Source: a virus (taxonomy: Duplodnaviria; Caudoviricetes). Taken from it: a stretch of DNA of 52,740 nucleotides. Both the position numbers and the translations under genes were made by a program. Of the stretch, positions 43,663 to 52,740 are shown one piece after another (position 1 is the stretch's first letter; each line of letters begins with the position of its first letter). The notes under the pieces are model-generated. The model was not told the origin of the DNA. It saw only the letters and a program-made list of their open reading frames with translations, and did not search any database. Location of the stretch: the IMG/VR virus record IMGVR_UViG_3300031673_000065, positions 1-52,740 of that record; one strand, given 5' to 3'.

Positions 43663-45306
43663 ATGACACAGATGCTGATCAAATCGCCGATAGCCGCCCT
43701 GCTGGAAAGTTGGGCGACCCCGGCTTATTGCTTTTATACCATCGCAGATAATTGGCCCGTTTCTGGTTTTGCGGTTGCTCAATTTGAACTTCAATATTTG
43801 GACGGGGCATATTATTATGGCACCCTTCCGGGTTATCCATGGCTGGTATACCCGCCATTTTACGGCGATTTCGTATCCTACGGCCAAATCGTTTTCAAGG
43901 CAGACATTATTTCTACAACCGGCGTTGCCGATAATAATTACATCAATGGAAATGCAACCCGGTTTGGACAGTGGTGGGATTACAATACTTATTGGAGAAT
44001 CGAAGTCGATGACAGCCGCAAAAATGGCTTGGCGGTTTCCGCACTGATAAATATTTCCATTGCTGAAGGCGACGGCGCAGGCAACCCCATAACCGGAACC
44101 ATTGTTACGAAACCCGTCACCTTTTACGCTTATCGTGGTTATAAGGAAACCATTTTGCGTGATGAGTTCACCGACACAAATCGCGCTTTGAACACGCACA
44201 CGCCGAACCTGTATCGCAACCCCTATACATCCACTGGAACAACACCTTGGATTGACTTATACCAAGCCGAATCAAATTACGATGCCGGGCAATTTCGCAT
44301 TGCATCAAATAACGTTTATGCAACCGTTGACGGAACGACCGCTTTCCCCGGTGCCATCAGTGTTCTGGATACCTTGATTACTGACTTTTCGTTCGGTGTC
44401 GGAGTGGACTATGGCTTCGGCGGCGAGGGTGGTTTTGGAATCCTTGGGCGCGTTCAGGATTCAGAAAACTTTTGGCTATTGCAAGCGGACGGCATACTGA
44501 CGGCGAACCCGGTATTGAGTTTGATCAAAATGTTGGCCGGGACGCCAACCACCGTTGCCACTTATACGATGACCGGATACGGCCCACTTGCTTGGTCGCA
44601 ATTCAAGGCTATGCGCTTGGAATTTGTAGGCGACAATATCACCGGAGCATATGACATCGACGAAGGCAACCCCGGCATCGCCATCGAACCGATTCAAGTC
44701 ACTTATACCGACAGCGCGTTCAATACAGAAACCCGCTGCGGCTTGTATTCTGATGGAACCAACGCGGGCACATCCGGCTGTCATTTCCGGCGGTGTACTG
44801 TTCTTCCTGCCGTTATGGGATTCGACGCGATTGTCTGGAGTGCTAGTCCATTTACAGCAACTTGCAGCAATCCGCAAACGACCTCGAACAATCAGAGCGC
44901 ATATTGCTTTCTGTACTTTTACCCCGGCTCAAATGGGTTAACCGTGGAACCTTATGATTCATCGTGCTTTTACAATGTCCCTCCCGGAGACACCGGCGAA
45001 GCGTTTGCCCATGTCATTGACTGGAGGTGCGTTACATTATCATTCCCTTCACCGTTTATTGTGAAATATGAAAATGTTTCTGGCGACACTGGTCGGCTTT
45101 CGTGGAAATATACAGGGCCGAATCCCGGCGTGTGGATTGATTTGTATAACGCGACGATCGACCTCGACGCAGATGCAAATTACCCCGGCGAATATTTGAC
45201 AGCGGTTGTCGATATTACCGTCGCGCTGGATGACGGAACCGGGAATCCGGTAGCAGGAACCGAGCACACGAAACGTGTGACGATGAACGCGGATAATACG
45301 GCATGA
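43663..45306 (+). CDS. Putative lectin-like virion protein
   Basis: 547 aa, aromatic and beta-rich; internal duplicated segment. Confidence 0.55.
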   Translation: MTQMLIKSPIAALLESWATPAYCFYTIADNWPVSGFAVAQFELQYLDGAYYYGTLPGYPWLVYPPFYGDFVSYGQIVFKADIISTTGVADNNYINGNATRFGQWWDYNTYWRIEVDDSRKNGLAVSALINISIAEGDGAGNPITGTIVTKPVTFYAYRGYKETILRDEFTDTNRALNTHTPNLYRNPYTSTGTTPWIDLYQAESNYDAGQFRIASNNVYATVDGTTAFPGAISVLDTLITDFSFGVGVDYGFGGEGGFGILGRVQDSENFWLLQADGILTANPVLSLIKMLAGTPTTVATYTMTGYGPLAWSQFKAMRLEFVGDNITGAYDIDEGNPGIAIEPIQVTYTDSAFNTETRCGLYSDGTNAGTSGCHFRRCTVLPAVMGFDAIVWSASPFTATCSNPQTTSNNQSAYCFLYFYPGSNGLTVEPYDSSCFYNVPPGDTGEAFAHVIDWRCVTLSFPSPFIVKYENVSGDTGRLSWKYTGPNPGVWIDLYNATIDLDADANYPGEYLTAVVDITVALDDGTGNPVAGTEHTKRVTMNADNTA

Positions 45307-46100
45307 GAATCCTACTCGCCGCCAAGCACGCACCGCACGGTAGCCGACCGATCGGCGGCGTTCAATCGTGGTGTCGTACGGTGGCGAATGAACTGACGTT
45401 GCGCGGATACGATGTGACGACATGGGGGCCGGAACAAGGCATCCCGGTCGGCGGGTTCGACTTGGGTATAATCGCCAACGCGTCTGACACATCACGAGCG
45501 TTCGCGTGGTGTCGTAAAACCTTAAACATATGCCACGGTATCATCCCGGCAGAAAAGCCCGCCACAAACGATTTGACGGTCTTCACTTCCGAAGAAATCC
45601 GCGACCACTGGCACGGCGAAGGGCCGATTATTCGTCAACCTATCGACACCGCGTTCTGGTCGCCAGGGCAATGGCCTTTGCGAATCAATCTGACTCGCTT
45701 CAGCTATCGCGCCGGGTTGCCGTTCGTGCGCAACATCGCACAAGCGATGGAAATGCCTTACCACCATTTGCGCGATCAGAACGAAAATGCCGTGCGTAAC
45801 GTGTTGCAAAAATCCGGCTGTGTACTGGCAACCGGCCGTGCCGCGCTGGAAGCGATGTCGTGTGACGTGCCGGTGGTGCTGTGTGACCATCGCAGCGCGT
45901 ATCAAGGCCCATTGATGGACTTGGATATTGAAAGCGCGATGACCCGCAATTATTCCGGGCGTGGCGGCACCGCACCGACGGTTGAGAATGTGCGCCAGGC
46001 GATTGAATCGGCAATGGAATCAAAAACGCTGCGAGATCACGTTATCAAGCATCATCGGGTCGAAGATACCGTCGATCAGTTGCTGGGGGTTGCTTTGTGA
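45303..46100 (+). CDS. Glycosyltransferase, GT-B (GT4-like)
   Basis: MRILL, GGVQSW...L..RGYDV, PIDTAFW, GRAALEAMSCDVPVV. Confidence 0.8.
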   Translation: MRILLAAKHAPHGSRPIGGVQSWCRTVANELTLRGYDVTTWGPEQGIPVGGFDLGIIANASDTSRAFAWCRKTLNICHGIIPAEKPATNDLTVFTSEEIRDHWHGEGPIIRQPIDTAFWSPGQWPLRINLTRFSYRAGLPFVRNIAQAMEMPYHHLRDQNENAVRNVLQKSGCVLATGRAALEAMSCDVPVVLCDHRSAYQGPLMDLDIESAMTRNYSGRGGTAPTVENVRQAIESAMESKTLRDHVIKHHRVEDTVDQLLGVAL

Positions 46101-46795
46101 ACGTTTACGCACTCACACCCACAGGGAACAGATCCGAAGGGTTGGCGTTGCTTGCCGAATATCTCAACGAGCAAACATATTGCGGTGAACTGACTTGGAT
46201 TATTGTCGACGATTGTTATCCGTTTTCACACGTGCCAAAAATGCGCAACGGTATCCGGGTTGAGTTCATTCATCCTGATTGGCTGTGGGAGCCCGGAATG
46301 AATACTCAAGCGATAAGCCTGGCGGCGGGATTGGGGCACGTGCCGGATGACGCTGCTGTTTTGGTGCTAGAGGACGACGACGTTTATTTGCCGGGGCACG
46401 TTTTGAATTTGGTACAAGCTCTTGAGAATTCAGACCTGGTGGGCGAAAAGGTTTCGAGATATTATAACGTTGCAGAAAATCGCTATCGTGTGTTGCCCGG
46501 AACGCGCCACGCATCGCTTTGCTCAACCGGGGCAAGAGGAAAGGCGCTAGATGCGTTTAAAGCCACCTGTAAGGCTTTTAGCACCCGTATCGACTTCTTG
46601 CTTTGGCAAAGGTACACAGGCACCAAACGGTTGCTTAATAGCGCAAATGTAGTGGGGATAAAAGGCTTGCCAGGACGACCAGGTATCGGTGTCGGGCACC
46701 GCAAGAATTTTGGGTCACCAGACGACGGCACAGTGTTGAAAAAGTGGATTGGGGATTTAGCGTATAATTACAGCATCTTCAGGGAGGTTGCATGA
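46097..46795 (+). CDS. Glycosyltransferase, GT-A (GT2-like)
   Basis: LTPTGNR, QTY, WIIVDD, LEDDDVY. Confidence 0.8.
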   Translation: MNVYALTPTGNRSEGLALLAEYLNEQTYCGELTWIIVDDCYPFSHVPKMRNGIRVEFIHPDWLWEPGMNTQAISLAAGLGHVPDDAAVLVLEDDDVYLPGHVLNLVQALENSDLVGEKVSRYYNVAENRYRVLPGTRHASLCSTGARGKALDAFKATCKAFSTRIDFLLWQRYTGTKRLLNSANVVGIKGLPGRPGIGVGHRKNFGSPDDGTVLKKWIGDLAYNYSIFREVA

Positions 46796-47193
46796 GCACC
46801 ACCGACATTACAGAAACGGCATTCCAGTTGCTGGAGACGTTCGTGTATGTACCGCAGCCAGCCATCCTTTATCCTGGCGTCCAAAATGATCCGCCGCAGA
46901 CGGGTATGTGGTTGCTGCCGAGTGTCTTTCCTAATGAGCCGAATGATATTGCGTGGGACAATGATTCATGCGTTGATACCCGCGGCTTTGTACAAATATT
47001 AGTTTATTTTCGACCGGGACAGGGTGTTATTGAGCCGTCGGAGCTGGCCGACGCTTTGATTGCGTTCTTCCCAAAAGGATCTCAACTTGGGCCTGTACGG
47101 GTGCGCAAGCGTCCTTGGCAGTCACCTGTTGTAGTTGAAGATTCCAGCAAGCTTTTTATTCCGGTTACGATACCGTATAAAGGCTTAACATAA
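46792..47193 (+). CDS. Tail terminator protein
   Basis: GFVQILVYFRPGQG, ADALIAFFPKG, IPVTIPY; directly upstream of the tail tube gene. Confidence 0.75.
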   Translation: MSTTDITETAFQLLETFVYVPQPAILYPGVQNDPPQTGMWLLPSVFPNEPNDIAWDNDSCVDTRGFVQILVYFRPGQGVIEPSELADALIAFFPKGSQLGPVRVRKRPWQSPVVVEDSSKLFIPVTIPYKGLT

Positions 47194-47255
47194 ATGAATG
47201 ATGCCCCTGAAATGGGTTTCGCGAAACCATTTTTTATTAACTGGAGGATTTAATC

Positions 47256-47720
47256 ATGGCAAGTTGTGGTGCAACAAACTTTGGAGGTACGTTTTCGATT
47301 TCGACGACTGCCACCAATCTTGATCTGACGCTGTCAGAATTCCTGGGATTGAGCTATACGGAAATCCCGAACCTTGTAACCAGTGACCCAACGGGTATCA
47401 CACAGAATGTCGTTAGCGACAGCACGTGGGATCGCCCGGTGGTTTGCAAAGGCAAGGGTGAAGCGAATGCGGGCGATCCGAATGTCGAATTCCAGGATAC
47501 CGCATCAGCGGGAATGGATTTGATGGTGGCTGCTGCGGCATACGATAACACCAGCTCGTATGCGTTCTTGTTTCAATGGGCCGATGGCAGCGAAGAATAC
47601 AATCGCGGTCTGGTAACGGGTCCGCAACGCACCAAGGGCGGCAACGAAGATTTCAAGCATGTCATTTTCACGCTTGGGCTCCAACAGCCGCCTGAAGTTG
47701 TAGAAGCAACCTCAGTATAA
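47256..47720 (+). CDS. Major tail (tube) protein
   Basis: GGAGG RBS; KGKGEANAG, YNRGLV, FTLGLQQ; position before chaperones. Confidence 0.8.
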   Translation: MASCGATNFGGTFSISTTATNLDLTLSEFLGLSYTEIPNLVTSDPTGITQNVVSDSTWDRPVVCKGKGEANAGDPNVEFQDTASAGMDLMVAAAAYDNTSSYAFLFQWADGSEEYNRGLVTGPQRTKGGNEDFKHVIFTLGLQQPPEVVEATSV

Positions 47721-47735
47721 CGGGTGCTGAGTATT

Positions 47736-47766
47736 GTTCCCGGTTCATCAGGACCGGGAACCTTTT
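47736..47766 (+). terminator. Rho-independent terminator after the tail tube gene
   Basis: GTTCCCGGTTC-ATCA-GGACCGGGAAC followed by CTTTT. Confidence 0.65.
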
Positions 47767-47786
47767 AACGTAATGAGGAAAATGAA

Positions 47787-48197
47787 ATGAACTTAAATGA
47801 AATCAAAAATGCAGTGCAGACCGTCAACCGGGAAGTAGAATTCAAACCGGCAGGAACATCAACGGGTTGGTTCTTTGAATTGCGTCACGAATCCGCACAG
47901 GAAGTGCAGGAAGTGATGCGTAGATTCCAAGCCAAGATTCGTGACTTGACACTGAAAAGAAAGACCAGTCAGTATCAAGCCCTGGTGACGGCGCATGAAG
48001 ACACGTTGCGGATTGCACACGTCGCCGGGTGGAAATGGGAAAATGGCGTCGACGAAGAAGCCGGGCGACCAGCTTTCACGAAGCGGGAACTCAAGACGCT
48101 ACTGAATGATGAGACTTTGAGTTACCATTTGAAATCATTCATTGACGAGGAGATTGGAAGCCTTGACGATTTTTTATCGAGATCGGAGAACAGCTAG
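47787..48197 (+). CDS. Tail assembly chaperone (lambda G-like)
   Basis: Between tail tube and TMP; ends just after a slippery site. Confidence 0.8.
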   Translation: MNLNEIKNAVQTVNREVEFKPAGTSTGWFFELRHESAQEVQEVMRRFQAKIRDLTLKRKTSQYQALVTAHEDTLRIAHVAGWKWENGVDEEAGRPAFTKRELKTLLNDETLSYHLKSFIDEEIGSLDDFLSRSENS

Positions 48198-48589
48198 GCG
48201 ATTGCCTGGCGTGGCATGCCCGCTATGAACTCAATTGGGGACATAAGGTTGCTGCCAGAGGCGGTCCTGTTGAAGTTACTCGTAAAGAGTATAACGAACA
48301 GGCCGGGGCTGAGACGCCGGAGCAACCCGCTGTCCCCGAATGCGGGGATCATGTTTGGAAATGGTGGTGGGAACTTAACACACGCCGTCCACCGGGGTTT
48401 GATAACCTGGCTCCGATTTCTTATAGCGAAATTTGTGCTTGGATTTCGTTGTTTGGAAAGTTTGTGTCACCGGAAGAAATTGGTTGGTTGATCCAAATGG
48501 ATAATGCATGGATGGCCGCGATCGCCGACGAACGCAAAGCGCGGAGTGACCGTGAGAAGGAAGAGTCGGATCGCAAAAGGAGTAAGTGA
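48170..48589 (+). CDS. Tail assembly chaperone -1 frameshift extension (lambda GT-like), absent from the ORF track
   Basis: T-TTT-TTA at 48170-48176; -1 frame open to TGA 48587-48589, encoding PAVPECGDHVWKWWWEL...PISYSEICAW...PEE...QMDNA. Confidence 0.82.
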   Translation, partial: FFIEIGEQLGDCLAWHARYELNWGHKVAARGGPVEVTRKEYNEQAGAETPEQPAVPECGDHVWKWWWELNTRRPPGFDNLAPISYSEICAWISLFGKFVSPEEIGWLIQMDNAWMAAIADERKARSDREKEESDRKRSK

Positions 48590-51500
48590 TGTCAGTTGAT
48601 CTTGCACAGCTAGGATTTTCGGTCGACAGCACGGGCGCTATCAAGGCCACCAAGGATCTTGAGAACCTGACGGAAGCCGCGAATGACGCTGAAGGTGCTG
48701 TTGACGATTTAGGCAAAACATCGGAGAAATCTGCCGACGCTCAAGCGCGACTAGCAAAGTCTGCCGAACGGTATGGAAAGATCCTGGGTAAGACTATCAA
48801 GTGGTCCATTGTTGCCATGACCGGATTGGCGGCCAATTCTTTGCGACTCGGCATAGCGGTAGAAGAGACTGCCAATAAGTTTCAAATGGTGTTCCGCGGG
48901 TCGGTGGAGAAGGTTAACAACGAGCTGATAGCACTGACCAAAACGATCCCCATCACAGTTTCACAAGCCCGTGAACTTGCGTCCGGTATTCAGACGGTGC
49001 TTGTCCCAATGGGGATGGCACGTGAGGAAGCCGCGAACTTCTCGGTTGAGGCTGTCAAGATGTCCGGCGCTATCGCGACTTTCAACAAGACTAAGGCGGA
49101 CGTCGTACTCAAGGATATCCAATCTGCCCTGGCCGGTTCTTCCCAGCAGTTGCAAAAGTACGGTATCGACGCAACCCAAGCCCGGTTGAAATCCCTTGCC
49201 TATGAGAAAGGCTTGATTGGTGTGGGTGAAGAACTTACCCGGACGGCACGGGCGCAAGCTTTATTCATTGCGATCACACGAGACGCGAGCGACGCACTCA
49301 AGGCCACCGACGACGCTGTACTTTCTACAAGTGACCAAATGGATTTCCTACGCCGTGATTTCACCCAAGCGTCAGAAGATTTGGGGCAGGCGTTGGTGCC
49401 TGCATTCAGGTCCCTGCTTGAAGTGTTGCTGGAAGTAGACGCGGAAGGGTTAACACCGTTACAAAGGGGCATGCAAGCTATAGCAACATTTATTCTCCTG
49501 GTCACTAAGTATGTGTTGCTGATGGTGGCCGGATTCCTGAAAGCGGAATACGGGATAATTCAGTTCATCAATACAATTGACAACGCCTTAACACGGCTGT
49601 CCGAAATGTCCCCGAAAGACTGGTGGGACGATGCGATGGCCGGTATGAATTTCCTTAACACGGGTGTTGATACTACTAACACGGAAGAAGTGGATGCTGC
49701 AATAGAGGACGCTCGCAAAAGCAGTGCAGAACTCAACGCTGAACTTGAAACTAGGTTGGCCGGGATCTTCGCGCTCGTTGATGGTGTTAATGCCTCTATA
49801 GTAGAACTGGCCAGTGGGGTTGACCGTTCCTTGGACGACGTCAATGCGGGAATGCTAGAATTGCTCGACACAGAGGCGGCGCTAATCCAGTTGACACCGG
49901 AGGAAGCCAAGGCGTTTGAAACTTTGCGCGGCGTCCTAGACCCAACCGGCAAAGCGGTGAAAGCATTGGCGGCCGCGAAAGTATTGCTGAAGAAGGCATT
50001 TGATGCAAAAGCTATTAATGCCAAAGAATACGAAATGCTTGCCAAAGCACTCGACAAGTCTGCGCTGGCCCTGGCAGCTTACGGGGAAGAGGCGTTCAAG
50101 CTGAGGGAAATGAACTTCACCATCAAAGCCACTCTCGAAACAAATATGGAATTCGTTGACGGGCTTGAGGAAGCGGAGAATGCTTTCAATGCGCTGGAAC
50201 GTTCACTGATTCCAAGCATGGGCGCATTGCAGGATTGGCAGGACACCTATAACGAGGCGTTCCAAGCTTATGTTGACGGGGACATCGACCCGGAACGCTG
50301 GGATCGATTACAGAAAGCATTGAATGAGGCGGAATTTGCCGCTGGGAAATGGGGTGATTCTTTCGAGGAAGCCGCCCGCGGCTGGTTGACCACCTTGGAA
50401 AGTCTGCGCGATTCTTACGACGAAGATTCCCGCCAGGCGCTAATGCTGAATTCAGTCATTCAATTATTGAATGTTGCGCTGGGTATTCAGGCGGTCATTA
50501 AGCAACTTGCCGGTGGAGATGTCTGGTCAGCAATTCCGCGTGCACTGGGTGTGGCGGCAATGATCGGATCAATGGGTGTGTCCACCGGGGCATCCGGCAG
50601 CGCAGTAGCAGAACGCACGCGGCAGGAAACTCAAGGGACGGGAAGTGTGCTAGGGGATGCCGAAGCCAAATCAGAATCTATTTTGAACGCATCCGAAATT
50701 ACCGCGAAGGCAACCACAGAGCTAGTCGGTATAAACCGGGGCATGCTCAACGCCTTGCAAAGTCTCACAGCCGGGGTGGGTGGCGCGTCAACACAATTGG
50801 TGCGCGGTGGTGTAGGCGATACCAGTTTCGGTGGGTTGCCCAAGGGTTTTGATTTTGAAACCGCTGGCGCTGTTGCTGGCGGTGGTCTCGGTGCTTATGC
50901 TGGCGCGGTTTATGGCGCAATACTTGGTGGACCGATCGGCTTGGCTATTGGCGCGGTGCTTGGCGCGTTATTTGGCAGCATTGTCGGGAAGATACTCGGA
51001 AAAATAATCGGCAGTAAATCTAAGGTATTAGACCAAGGGATACAAATAATCGGTGGCACGCTTGGCGACTTGTCGAACGAAGTTCTGGTGCAGGCGTTTC
51101 AAGATTACAAGACGAAAAAATGGTGGCTTGGCGGCTGGAAAGAACACACTACAACGCAAGGTTTACCGGATGAAATCGGCGCGCAACTGGCGCTTGTATT
51201 CGGCGCCATTGGGCAAACCGTAATGGAGGCGGCTGTTGCTTTAGGGCTACCGCTGGACCTCATAGAGGAACGCATATCGAAGTTTGAAATAGCAACGACA
51301 AAAATCAGCCTCGAAGGACTTAGCGGTGAAGAACAGCAAGAGGCAATTATAGCGGTATTCTCAAAGATTTTTGATGACTTGGCTGGAGACGTTGTGCCGT
51401 TCATTGGGCAATTTCAAAAGGTGGGCGAAGGGCTGGGTGAAACCCTGGTGCGGGTGGCAACGTCGGTACAGGTGTTCCGGGAAGCGGTCGATGCCTTGGG

Positions 51501-52740
51501 CTTCGTTATTGATACCGCTGACCCTGAGTTGTTTGCGCAAATCGCGGTGGGCTTGGTTGAACTCACTGGCGGCGTGGAAAACTTCATCAGCATGTTCACC
51601 ACTTTCTTTGACCTGTTCGCCAGCGAAGAACAGAAGCTGGAATTCATCACGAACCAAGTCACCCGTGCCTTTGAAGGCGTGGGCTTGACGCTGCCGAAAA
51701 CACGTGATGCAATTTTTGATCTGATGATGACGCTGGACGCAACGACCGAAGAAGGCCGCAGACAGATAGCGATGTTGCTGGAACTGGCCCCGGTGCTGGA
51801 CGAGTATTATAGTTTGATGGAAGAAGGCACCGAGGACCTGGCGGCACAGGCACGCGAGTTTGCCGACATCGTTGGTGCCTTTATTGGCATCGGTGACAGC
51901 AGCCAATTGCGTGCGCTGAAGAACTCTTTCAACGAAGCAATGGACGCGGCCAAAGCGTTGAACGCCACCCAGAAAGAATACGCCATGATCACCCGTGCCT
52001 TTAATATGCAGTTGAAACGGATGGCGGCTGAACTCACCTTGAGTGTGTTGTCGCTGGTACAACAACTGTTTGGGGAAGATAGCACATACGGTGACCCCAT
52101 CAACGACGGTCTAGAAGAAACTAGAGAAGTCGCCAACAGCGTGTTCACCGAGTGGCAACGCGCACTGGAAGACATTTACGATTACACCCAACAATTGTTG
52201 CTGGACGAAAATCTGACAACGCTGACCCCGGCGGAACAGTTATCCGAAGCCCAAAAGCAATTCAATGAAATCCTTGCCAAAGCACAGGCGGGTGATGTGG
52301 AGGCGGCAGCGGCGTTACCGGATGCTGCGCAAGCCCTGTTGGAAGAAGCGCGGTTCATGTTCGCCAGCGGCCAACAATATACCGACATTTTTGATATGGT
52401 GCTGGCAGCTTTGAACAGCGTTAAGATCCCGGCAAACGTTCCTGAATTCATCAAAGAAGAAGAAGACAAAAACGCAGGAATCGTTGATCCCATTGTTACC
52501 GCAATTGATGAACAGACCAAAGCATTGCAACGTTATCTTCAGGCTCTTGACCTGGCGGCTACGTTACGTGACTTGTCGCGGGTTCTGAATGTGTCGGTGT
52601 TAACCCTGGCACAAGAGTTGGGTGTGCCGTTGCGTGAGTTGGCGCAGATATTGGGTGTCAATCTTACGCCGATTGACAACACCACGGCGGAAGCCATTGG
52701 CGACTTGGCCGTGTCTTTGGGTGCCGACATTTTTGAATTG
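48589..52740 (+). CDS. Tape measure protein, N-terminal part (~1,719 aa in total with 2-1153)
   Basis: ATG 48589 (MSVDLAQLGFSVDS) overlaps the chaperone stop; frame appears open to the window end; helical Ala-rich; Gly-zipper hydrophobic segment near 50860-51015. Confidence 0.88.
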   Translation, partial: MSVDLAQLGFSVDSTGAIKATKDLENLTEAANDAEGAVDDLGKTSEKSADAQARLAKSAERYGKILGKTIKWSIVAMTGLAANSLRLGIAVEETANKFQMVFRGSVEKVNNELIALTKTIPITVSQARELASGIQTVLVPMGMAREEAANFSVEAVKMSGAIATFNKTKADVVLKDIQSALAGSSQQLQKYGIDATQARLKSLAYEKGLIGVGEELTRTARAQALFIAITRDASDALKATDDAVLSTSDQMDFLRRDFTQASEDLGQALVPAFRSLLEVLLEVDAEGLTPLQRGMQAIATFILLVTKYVLLMVAGFLKAEYGIIQFINTIDNALTRLSEMSPKDWWDDAMAGMNFLNTGVDTTNTEEVDAAIEDARKSSAELNAELETRLAGIFALVDGVNASIVELASGVDRSLDDVNAGMLELLDTEAALIQLTPEEAKAFETLRGVLDPTGKAVKALAAAKVLLKKAFDAKAINAKEYEMLAKALDKSALALAAYGEEAFKLREMNFTIKATLETNMEFVDGLEEAENAFNALERSLIPSMGALQDWQDTYNEAFQAYVDGDIDPERWDRLQKALNEAEFAAGKWGDSFEEAARGWLTTLESLRDSYDEDSRQALMLNSVIQLLNVALGIQAVIKQLAGGDVWSAIPRALGVAAMIGSMGVSTGASGSAVAERTRQETQGTGSVLGDAEAKSESILNASEITAKATTELVGINRGMLNALQSLTAGVGGASTQLVRGGVGDTSFGGLPKGFDFETAGAVAGGGLGAYAGAVYGAILGGPIGLAIGAVLGALFGSIVGKILGKIIGSKSKVLDQGIQIIGGTLGDLSNEVLVQAFQDYKTKKWWLGGWKEHTTTQGLPDEIGAQLALVFGAIGQTVMEAAVALGLPLDLIEERISKFEIATTKISLEGLSGEEQQEAIIAVFSKIFDDLAGDVVPFIGQFQKVGEGLGETLVRVATSVQVFREAVDALGFVIDTADPELFAQIAVGLVELTGGVENFISMFTTFFDLFASEEQKLEFITNQVTRAFEGVGLTLPKTRDAIFDLMMTLDATTEEGRRQIAMLLELAPVLDEYYSLMEEGTEDLAAQAREFADIVGAFIGIGDSSQLRALKNSFNEAMDAAKALNATQKEYAMITRAFNMQLKRMAAELTLSVLSLVQQLFGEDSTYGDPINDGLEETREVANSVFTEWQRALEDIYDYTQQLLLDENLTTLTPAEQLSEAQKQFNEILAKAQAGDVEAAAALPDAAQALLEEARFMFASGQQYTDIFDMVLAALNSVKIPANVPEFIKEEEDKNAGIVDPIVTAIDEQTKALQRYLQALDLAATLRDLSRVLNVSVLTLAQELGVPLRELAQILGVNLTPIDNTTAEAIGDLAVSLGADIFEL
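52596..52740. repeat. Terminal direct repeat (copy 2)
   Basis: Matches 1-145 with one mismatch. Confidence 0.97.

Noticed and set aside
47210-47237. Hairpin plus T-run upstream of the tail tube gene as a definite terminator
   Set aside because: The stem has only a 2-nt loop as drawn and would block a highly expressed gene; not confident enough to call.

Overview
This window is an apparently complete, circularly permuted tailed dsDNA (siphovirus-like) phage genome. Bases 1-145 repeat at 52596-52740 with one synonymous mismatch, giving a unit length of about 52,595 bp. It has two arms that diverge from a repeat-rich non-coding region at ~21.3-21.9 kb. The minus-strand arm (3.8-21.3 kb) carries replication and nucleotide-metabolism genes (primase-polymerase/helicase, DnaE-type family C polymerase, separate DEDDh exonuclease, SNF2 helicase, nuclease, a divergent ThyX, a HAD fusion, an FAD oxidoreductase, a GT2 and a methyltransferase) plus small early genes sharing a 22-bp leader. 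The plus-strand arm (21.9 kb, wrapping to 3.8 kb) carries TerS, lysis genes, TerL, portal, DUF2213 protease/scaffold, capsid, connectors, MuF with a metallopeptidase extension, an ~11-kb fibre/glycosyltransferase island, tail tube, frameshifted chaperones and a ~1,719-aa tape measure protein that spans the window ends. I saw no integrase, repressor, tRNA or CRISPR. The most unusual feature is the head maturation gene: ~470 aa of four tandem modules, each a conserved tag (DEY[D/N]PNQPRxxKGDPDGG[K/Q]WT) plus a different small domain and each closed by GDS, precede the DUF2213 protease. One cargo domain is a clear paralogue of a stand-alone early gene, suggesting a protease-processed system for loading effector proteins into the capsid. 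All family assignments come from motif recognition by eye; no database searches were run.
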